Positions 57,695-64,000 of a stretch of 64,000 bases of DNA are shown here, piece by piece; the stretch's first letter is position 1; every line of letters begins with the position of its first letter. Under the pieces are notes generated by a model. It saw only the letters and a list, made by a program, of their open reading frames with translations. It was not told the origin of the DNA and did not search any database. The position numbers were made by a program, and so were the translations under genes. This stretch comes from a virus. The stretch is taken from positions 1 to 64,000 of IMG/VR virus record IMGVR_UViG_3300027754_005427, one strand, 5' to 3'.

Positions 57695-58306
57695 ATGAAT
57701 ATAATAAAAACTTGGCAAGAATACATAGAAAAAAACTTACTTGATTTAATTAATGATCCTCTTGAGGGTAACCTTTACTCTAGTCATTTAAAAAGAACAA
57801 AAGAACCTGCAATGTTTTATAAACAAAAAAACATTGTAAATCTTATAGAATTACTTAAACCTAAAAATATATTAGAAATAGGATTCAATGCTGGTTTCTC
57901 GACATTGCTAATGAAAATAATTGATCCAGAAATAAACATGACTTGTATAGACATAAATAGTCACTCTTATGTAATACCATGTTACAAGCAAATATGCAAG
58001 GATTACAAAAATATAAAACTTATATTAAAAAACTCAATAATAGCATTGCCAGAATTAATTGAAATGAAATTAAAATTCGATATAATCCATATAGATGGAG
58101 ATCACAATGTAAAACAAGCAGAAAAAGATTTGAATTTTTGCTTAAGCTTATGCACTTCAAAAAGTGTAATTATTATAGATGATACAAACTTACAAAGTAT
58201 AAATGATTTGTGTGAAAAATACATACATAAAAAAGTTGTAAAAGAATGCACTCTATGTAAAGTAGAATGTGAAAAATACAAACATAAATTTTTAGAAGTA
58301 TTATGA
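57695..58306 (+). CDS. class I SAM methyltransferase (Methyltransf_24-like)
   Basis: ILEIGFNAGFS, FDIIHIDGDH, IIDD. Confidence 0.8.
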   Translation: MNIIKTWQEYIEKNLLDLINDPLEGNLYSSHLKRTKEPAMFYKQKNIVNLIELLKPKNILEIGFNAGFSTLLMKIIDPEINMTCIDINSHSYVIPCYKQICKDYKNIKLILKNSIIALPELIEMKLKFDIIHIDGDHNVKQAEKDLNFCLSLCTSKSVIIIDDTNLQSINDLCEKYIHKKVVKECTLCKVECEKYKHKFLEVL

Positions 58307-59064
58307 AAATATACATATCTTTAACCAGTATATTTCAAAATCAAAATATTCTTTTGAAAACATTGAAAAGTATAAAAGAACAAACACTAAAGCCAAACGA
58401 ATGCATAATTTACTTGTCTGAAAAACCTTATCTTTTAGATGCTGGATTTAAAGGTAGAATACTTAACAACGACTTAAGTATTTTCTTAAAAGAAAATGAA
58501 CTTTTTAAAATCAAATGGTGTAAAAATACAGGGCCGTATAGAAAACTTTTGCCTTTATTGAAAAAAAAACTAGAAGAAGATTGTTTAATTATAGCAATAG
58601 ATGACGATACTGAATATCATCCTTCATTAATAGAAAATTATGTTAATGATTATAAAGATAAAAACTGTTGTATATCTTACAGAGGATTTACAATGATGAA
58701 AAATAATGAAAATAAAATAGATTATGATGTAAGAGGAAAATTTATAAATAATAATCTATTTAATTTTCATGTGGGAAAAGCAGGTGTCTTATATCATCCT
58801 AAATTTTTCAGTAAAACAAAAGATATAATTTTCAAAAGAAAAATTTACACAGAGTGTTGCGAAACTGGTGATGATATTTGGTTTAACTTTATGCGTATAG
58901 CAAATGGAATAAATTGTTATATTGATCAAAAACCATATATGACAAATGATTTTACTAATCCAATTACTGCTTTGTGGTTTAATTTTAATAGTGTCAATAA
59001 ATTAGATACAATTAATATTAATAAAACAATTGAAAAATTAATTAAATTAAATGTTTTAAGTTAA
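58303..59064 (+). CDS. GT-A fold glycosyltransferase
   Basis: ISLTS, GPYRKLLP, IDDD..Y, GVLYHP, DDIWF. Confidence 0.7.
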   Translation: MKIYISLTSIFQNQNILLKTLKSIKEQTLKPNECIIYLSEKPYLLDAGFKGRILNNDLSIFLKENELFKIKWCKNTGPYRKLLPLLKKKLEEDCLIIAIDDDTEYHPSLIENYVNDYKDKNCCISYRGFTMMKNNENKIDYDVRGKFINNNLFNFHVGKAGVLYHPKFFSKTKDIIFKRKIYTECCETGDDIWFNFMRIANGINCYIDQKPYMTNDFTNPITALWFNFNSVNKLDTININKTIEKLIKLNVLS

Positions 59065-59150
59065 TTAATCTTACAAACATAAAAATTAATATCATCTGAC
59101 AAATAATAATTTCTTATTAAATATTTAATAGTAACTAATTTTATCAAATG

Positions 59151-59897
59151 CTAATTTTTAGAGTTGTTTAATTCAAATATTTCTTTCAACTCTGGAAAAA
59201 GTTCAAATAATTTTTTAACCAAGATTGTCCTGTGCTCGTAATGTCCTTTTCTTTGCCAAATAGCATTTCCTGTAAAAATCTCTTTGAATCTTAAATTATA
59301 TCTTTTGTTGAATTTTTTTGTTTGTAAAATTGAAACAATGCTTAGGAAAATATCTTCTCCATTCCATATTGGATTACATTCTTGAACATAAGGTTCTATT
59401 AAACATGACATTTCAATTGCTTTTTTTACAATAAACCTAGAAGTCATTGCAAATTGTGTTAAAATTACTGGGACATTTTCAGATAATGCATCCTTTCTAA
59501 TATATGAATCTTCTGTTATATACCTTCCTCTAAAACCATGAATTAAGTTTTTTTCGTTTAACCATTTTTCATGACAAAAAATTATCGAGTCGTTGTCAAT
59601 CAAAAAATCATCATCCTGAAAAACAATGCAATTTGTATTTGTATTTGTATTTGTATTTGTATTTGTATTTTCGGAAGCTAAAAACCTACAATAAAGACCA
59701 ACTTTTTTATTTTCCTCAAAATGCTTTAAATGTAAAACCTTTTCATCATTTGAATAATTTTCAAAATAAGTTTCTTCTAATGCATGAGATATTATTATCT
59801 TTTCAGTTAACTTGTTTTCTAATAAACTTGGTATAATATGTTCAATTAAGTTTTTTGGTCTTTTATAATTTAAAATAACAAATGATATTTTTTCCAC
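59151..59897 (-). CDS. GT64/EXTL2-like glycosyltransferase
   Basis: VILNYKRP.NL, CRF, QDDD, NGEDI; in-frame (ATTTGT)6 microsatellite at 59631-59670. Confidence 0.6.
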   Translation of the reverse strand: MEKISFVILNYKRPKNLIEHIIPSLLENKLTEKIIISHALEETYFENYSNDEKVLHLKHFEENKKVGLYCRFLASENTNTNTNTNTNTNCIVFQDDDFLIDNDSIIFCHEKWLNEKNLIHGFRGRYITEDSYIRKDALSENVPVILTQFAMTSRFIVKKAIEMSCLIEPYVQECNPIWNGEDIFLSIVSILQTKKFNKRYNLRFKEIFTGNAIWQRKGHYEHRTILVKKLFELFPELKEIFELNNSKN

Positions 59898-59911
59898 TAT
59901 TAAACCTCTTT

Positions 59912-60490
59912 TTAAATTTTATAAGCGTAAACAGTAAGATCATTTGGTAAATAATCATTCCTTATTACATATTCACTAGTAACTGATTTCATCAAAAATA
60001 AAACATCATCTGTTGTACAATGTTTCATATCAACATCTTTGTTCTCGCAAGAATCAGAAAGCAAATTGAAAGCAATTCCTTTTTTGCATAAGTTAAACAT
60101 TTTCTGAATTGTATTTTGTGTTATTTCTTCCCAATTATCTTTAAACGCAAAAATTCCAGATGCAAAACACCAATCAAATTCTCCTTCAGTCTCAAATACA
60201 GATTGATTCAAGAAATTACCTTGAAATAAACCCTTCCATTTATCCTCATACTTTTGCTTAGCGGTAATGATGGCAGAATTTCGCAAATCAATTCCAAGAT
60301 AATCATCAAAATGATAGCTCAAATCACCATGACCACAACCAACATCCAAAACACTATCCGTAATCTCCAATCCAGATATTTCCATCAATACCTTGAATCT
60401 TATTTTTTGGGTGTGTTCGTTGCTCCATCCTAATGACCTAACACCAACTTCTTTTCCAAACTTTTCTTGATATGTTTTTTCCAAATCCAC
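59912..60490 (-). CDS. class I SAM methyltransferase
   Basis: SLGW..Q..RF, VLDVGCGHG, YLGID, FASGIF, IAFN. Confidence 0.8.
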   Translation of the reverse strand: MDLEKTYQEKFGKEVGVRSLGWSNEHTQKIRFKVLMEISGLEITDSVLDVGCGHGDLSYHFDDYLGIDLRNSAIITAKQKYEDKWKGLFQGNFLNQSVFETEGEFDWCFASGIFAFKDNWEEITQNTIQKMFNLCKKGIAFNLLSDSCENKDVDMKHCTTDDVLFLMKSVTSEYVIRNDYLPNDLTVYAYKI

Positions 60491-60513
60491 TATGTTTTCC
60501 TATGAATTATGAA

Positions 60514-60544
60514 GAACTACTAATTTAAAAAAAATTAGTAGTTC
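60514..60544. repeat. perfect 13-bp inverted repeat, related to 7784-7814
   Basis: GAACTACTAATTT-(A)n-AAATTAGTAGTTC. Confidence 0.75.
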
Positions 60545-60612
60545 GTTGTAAATTACCCCGATTATATCTGAAAAACAACGGAATTCGACCATTTCACCAT
60601 ATAATCGGGTAG

Positions 60613-60685
60613 TACCCCTAGCAGGATTCGCACCTGCGACCAATAAATTAGAAATTTATTGCTCTATCTCCTGAGCTATAGGGGC
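60613..60685 (-). tRNA. tRNA-Arg(UCU)
   Basis: GCCCCTA acceptor/TAGGGGT, GCTC D-stem, ATAAA-TTTCTAA-TTTAT anticodon arm, GCAGG-TGCGAAT-CCTGC T arm; no encoded CCA. Confidence 0.9.
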
Positions 60686-60704
60686 AAAAAATTATTATAA
60701 TCAA

Positions 60705-61482
60705 AAAATAATTATTTTTCCACTACAAACATATAAACTAAATTAAGTGTCTAAATTTAATTTTTTATTTTTTTCTAATTCTTGTGTGTAAGTTATAGGT
60801 GAAGGAAGACCACTTTGCTTAGTTGAAACAAGTTTTAAGTTAAACCTTTGAGCTATTTGTTCAAAATTAGGTATTTTTTTTCCTATTTCTGGCGAATAAT
60901 AAAGTGTATCCCATATAATTTCTTTTCCAAAAACAAGTGCTTCATCGTAATGAGAGCGAGTAGGATTGAGTGGAGTAATTGGAAGTGATTCTGTAGAATT
61001 GTCGTCTAAAAGATTTGTAGATACATCTTTTGCATAGTAATATTCAATTCGCCCAATACCAGAAATAACAAGTTCTGTATTCCACACACCTTTAGCTTTT
61101 TCGCCAATAGAAACAGAAATTTGTTTGATGCTATTTATTATATTGTATATTCTTTCTTCAAAGTCATCTAACGCAATCGTTTTGTAAACTTTAACTTTAT
61201 TATTATACTTCTTATTGATTATCGCAGCCCTGCCTCTTGCTTTTTGCTCCATTTCCTTGGCTTGTTTTGGATTTTTGTAGGCATGGTCAGGATTAGAATT
61301 CCAAGAAATAATTTTTTCTTTATCTTTTTTAGAATTAGGAACTTGCGGAGTCCTATTGAAAAGATCTTCTTTTATTTGAAAACTTTCCATCCATTTCACA
61401 AATGATTTCATGCATTATTTATGAAGCCATTTATGAATTCATAATATTTTATTTCAAAATAATTATTTTTCCACTACAAACA
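60705..61482. repeat. 27-bp perfect direct repeat flanking gene 60743-61411
   Basis: AAAATAATTATTTTTCCACTACAAACA at 60705-60731 and 61456-61482. Confidence 0.85.
60743..61411 (-). CDS. hypothetical protein with leader-like MKSFVKWMESFQIKE
   Basis: CATAAATA-N4-ATG, no SD. Confidence 0.7.
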   Translation of the reverse strand: MKSFVKWMESFQIKEDLFNRTPQVPNSKKDKEKIISWNSNPDHAYKNPKQAKEMEQKARGRAAIINKKYNNKVKVYKTIALDDFEERIYNIINSIKQISVSIGEKAKGVWNTELVISGIGRIEYYYAKDVSTNLLDDNSTESLPITPLNPTRSHYDEALVFGKEIIWDTLYYSPEIGKKIPNFEQIAQRFNLKLVSTKQSGLPSPITYTQELEKNKKLNLDT

Positions 61483-61610
61483 GGCAATATCCTGTCCCGT
61501 ATAAATAGAAGAAAATTTATTTTAAGAAAATATTCATTTTTAATTGAATATTTCCCAACTTGAAACGAACAAGATAGTAGGAAGATAACTTTAACCCACG
61601 GAGAATCAAA

Positions 61611-62045
61611 ATGATTCGAGAAGATGAAGAAAACATTCTTAATTGTAATTGCAGCAGGTATTACATCGTACCAATGGACAAAATGGCTGATTTAATGGGA
61701 ATACCATTAACTTTAGATGAGTTTGGAATGGATGAAAGAGATTATGATGTTACACACAAAGTATTTGAGGCTGGTGGTGATTTTGTTAACCTTGAAACTG
61801 GCGAAATGGAAGCAGAACCAGTCAAAATAGTCAAGAAATACAAACTTGATGCAGATGGCAATAATGAAGTAATAATCGAAATTAGAGCAATTAAATCGAC
61901 TGCCCATAGGTTTCTAATGAAAGGAGAACTAACAAGGAACGAGTATGTCTTGAAAAGAACAAAAGAACTAGGATTAAATGGTATTGACCTGATCAATAAC
62001 ATTGAAAAGCTTTACGAAGAATACAAACAACTAACAGCCAGCTAA
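61611..62045 (+). CDS. hypothetical protein
   Basis: GGAG SD, 144 aa. Confidence 0.65.
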   Translation: MIREDEENILNCNCSRYYIVPMDKMADLMGIPLTLDEFGMDERDYDVTHKVFEAGGDFVNLETGEMEAEPVKIVKKYKLDADGNNEVIIEIRAIKSTAHRFLMKGELTRNEYVLKRTKELGLNGIDLINNIEKLYEEYKQLTAS

Positions 62046-62056
62046 GGAGAATTACA

Positions 62057-62485
62057 ATGGAAAGAGAATGCGAAGATTGCGGAATTACATTTACAGACAA
62101 TAGGTACTTTAAAGGAGAACTTCCTAAAAACGCTTTTTGCCCACTTTGTTGTTTAGAGAGATTTTTTGCAGATGTAGACCATGGAAATAAAATTCTCAAA
62201 GAAGAAACTTGGAATTTTAGATCAAATTGGAAAGCAAAAGTTTGGAATAGCTCATCCCTATACGAAGAAGGCTCTGATTTTATTCATATAGATATAAAAC
62301 AAGAAAAACTTGAATTACAATTAGCCATTAAAAAAAGAGAAGGTTCTACTGATGAATTCCTTGTTTGGATTGGAGACAAGCAGTTTATATGTAAAGCAGA
62401 ACCAATAGATGAAGAAGCAAGGCATGAACAAGGTAAAATATTAAGTGAACATAGTCCTTTAGAGATATTGGACAAAGAAATATGA
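62057..62485 (+). CDS. hypothetical protein with N-terminal Zn finger
   Basis: CEDC...CPLC; AAGGAG SD. Confidence 0.65.
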   Translation: MERECEDCGITFTDNRYFKGELPKNAFCPLCCLERFFADVDHGNKILKEETWNFRSNWKAKVWNSSSLYEEGSDFIHIDIKQEKLELQLAIKKREGSTDEFLVWIGDKQFICKAEPIDEEARHEQGKILSEHSPLEILDKEI

Positions 62486-62538
62486 TCTCTTAGTTCACTT
62501 TGCTGGACTAAAGAAGCTCCTTAGTTCACGCAAACCGC

Positions 62539-62575
62539 TTTCCCTTAACTAAGGACATTCTTTAGTTAAGGGAAA
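62539..62575. terminator. bidirectional terminator-like hairpin
   Basis: TTTCCCTTAACTAAGGA-CAT-TCTTTAGTTAAGGGAAA between convergent genes. Confidence 0.75.
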
Positions 62576-62580
62576 TTAAC

Positions 62581-62931
62581 TTAACCATTCCAATATTTGA
62601 CTGGAATTAGTCTTTTGGGAAAATGTTTCAAAGCTATGGCAATACGATGATGTCCATCAGTTAAAGTTTGATTTTCATCCTTATCAACATGAATTTCAAT
62701 TGGAGTCTTAATTCCATCTTTTAAAATCTTATCAAGTAAACCTGTTTTTTTGGCATTATCATATTTAAAATCCAACAGCTTTTTGTCATCACCATTAGCA
62801 AAATCAAATCTTCCACGAAGATCATCGTGATCTTCAAAACTAACCGAACCAATTATTTCTTTGGCAGACAAAGATTTTGGCAAATGTTCAAATTGCGTAT
62901 TTTTGTTTTCTAAAAATTCTTTAAATCTCAT
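62581..62931 (-). CDS. leader-bearing ParB/Srx-like domain protein
   Basis: Start ATG 62931 (MRFKEFLE); ILKDGIKTPIEI..LTDGHHRIA..IPV. Confidence 0.7.
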   Translation of the reverse strand: MRFKEFLENKNTQFEHLPKSLSAKEIIGSVSFEDHDDLRGRFDFANGDDKKLLDFKYDNAKKTGLLDKILKDGIKTPIEIHVDKDENQTLTDGHHRIAIALKHFPKRLIPVKYWNG

Positions 62932-63046
62932 GTAATTATTTATCATAAAAATATCAAGAAAATCTTAAAATAATCTAATATATATTAAATAATTTTTAGT
63001 TAAAAGAATTTTAATATTATTTTTAATATAAACAATAAATAATATT

Positions 63047-63499
63047 ATGAAATTTAAAGATTATGTTGAAAAAAGAGATCTGCTTGAAGCTAACTGGTGG
63101 GAAGACGATAAAGAAACTCTTGGAAAAATCAAAGAAATAATAGCAGGTGTAGTAATGAAGTCTGGTAAAACTCCAGATGAATACAAAAAGATAACAGAAT
63201 CATTGTATGAACTTTTATATTCTTTTTATAGATCAATAAAAATTATAAAAGAAAAAGAATCTAAGGATAGTAGCTTTTCTACTTTGAAAAAAAATGGTTT
63301 ACTTGATATGACTAAAGATATTGAAAATAATAAAAATATAAAAAAAGCTATTATGAATAAATTAAACAATGATGGTATTGTGTCTAAAATTGAAAAAGAA
63401 ATAGTAACAGCAGTAGAAAAAGAAATAGAAAATGAAAATATGTCAGACGCAAAAAGATATGCAGATGGCAAAGATCAATCTAATAACGCTTTTAGATAA
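63047..63499 (+). CDS. hypothetical protein with leader-like MKFKDYVEKRDLLE
   Basis: AATAAATA-N5-ATG, no SD. Confidence 0.65.
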   Translation: MKFKDYVEKRDLLEANWWEDDKETLGKIKEIIAGVVMKSGKTPDEYKKITESLYELLYSFYRSIKIIKEKESKDSSFSTLKKNGLLDMTKDIENNKNIKKAIMNKLNNDGIVSKIEKEIVTAVEKEIENENMSDAKRYADGKDQSNNAFR

Positions 63500-63503
63500 T
63501 TAC

Positions 63504-64000
63504 TTATAAAATCTTATTATTAATCCTCATAAGTCTAGGATCTTTTTTCTTGTCATCTTTTTCTGGTGATGTGCTAACTCCATCTGCCTGATCATAAGCA
63601 AATATTCCAAATTGTAATATTGTATAAATATCACTTCTAAGCATTACATCAATTGATGTTGTAATACCATTTTTAACAATGCTAGACAAAAGTCTTTTTG
63701 CCATCACTGGGTCAATAGAATAAGAATGTGTTCTTAAACAAAATCTATAATTGCAATTCAACTGACCATGAATTGGGATACTGCCCCAATAATTATTTTG
63801 AAGCTGCTCAATACTTCCTAAATATATAATCGCATTAAATGCTGGATGATGTGTAAAGTTTTGTAAAACAATTGCATCATGCTCCAAAGCAATAATTGGT
63901 CTATCTATTTCAACACAATGTGCCCAAAGTGCAACATGACTTAAAACATTACAAATTTCAGTAAAAGCTAAAGCTTCATTTACAACTTTAACCCATTTTA
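63504..64000 (-). CDS. GT25-like glycosyltransferase (5' end outside window)
   Basis: Frame open to window end: ..LSHVALWAHCVEIDRPIIALEHDA..THSYSIDP..AKRLL..IDV. Confidence 0.65.
   Translation of the reverse strand, partial: KWVKVVNEALAFTEICNVLSHVALWAHCVEIDRPIIALEHDAIVLQNFTHHPAFNAIIYLGSIEQLQNNYWGSIPIHGQLNCNYRFCLRTHSYSIDPVMAKRLLSSIVKNGITTSIDVMLRSDIYTILQFGIFAYDQADGVSTSPEKDDKKKDPRLMRINNKIL

Noticed and set aside
57695-57735. MNIIKTWQEYIE as another capsid leader on a methyltransferase
   Set aside because: Resembles KTYQEFIAE, but the gene has an SD, is coupled to a GT and lacks the conserved Phe; not counted
59631-59670. (ATTTGT)6 microsatellite as phase-variation switch
   Set aside because: The hexamer unit keeps the frame, so it gives length variation only, not ON/OFF switching
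1-64000. Eukaryotic giant virus (NCLDV) origin suggested by ankyrin, SET, DOT1 and Zn-ribbon genes
   Set aside because: SD sites, sigma70-like promoters, ATGA-coupled operons, intrinsic terminators and bacterial-type iscA and DUF1559 favour a phage; no hallmark gene is present, so this is not fully excluded
1-64000. Stop-codon recoding
   Set aside because: Code 11 gives dense full-length genes, and TAA, TAG and TGA all end recognisable proteins

Overview
AT-rich, gene-dense segment of a large, probably T4-related/jumbo phage genome (genetic code 11). No core capsid or replication genes are in the window. The likely host is a planctomycete, judged from a DUF1559 prepilin-like gene. The standout feature is a family of about 18 mostly unrelated proteins (80-918 aa) that share a ~10-residue N-terminal leader, M-x(1-4)-F-[KRQ]-x-[WFY]-[LMV]...[LI]-x-E. 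It resembles the T4 capsid-targeting sequence and prohead-protease site. Seven of these genes form a tandem array (1662-12521). Five of the seven share an identical 21-bp start, and the array also holds an orphan leader-only mini-ORF. Most members have no Shine-Dalgarno and sit behind a T4-late-promoter-like TA(A/T)ATA-N4/5-ATG. Their cargo includes PcfJ-like Cys domains with swappable repeat arrays, Zn-ribbon/HA-like/PD-(D/E)xK nucleases, a kinase-like protein and a ParB-like domain. This suggests a modular arsenal of capsid-packaged, injected effectors (inference). The window also carries a PlcP/Agt-like phospholipid-remodelling pair, abutting DOT1-like and SET methyltransferases, and many glycosyl-, sulfo- and methyltransferases. 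Other genes include thyA, folA, uvsE, iscA, MYG1, an astacin-like protease, an RCC1 propeller, a CxxCH protein and tRNA-Arg(UCU). All family assignments come from motif recognition by eye, with no database searches.
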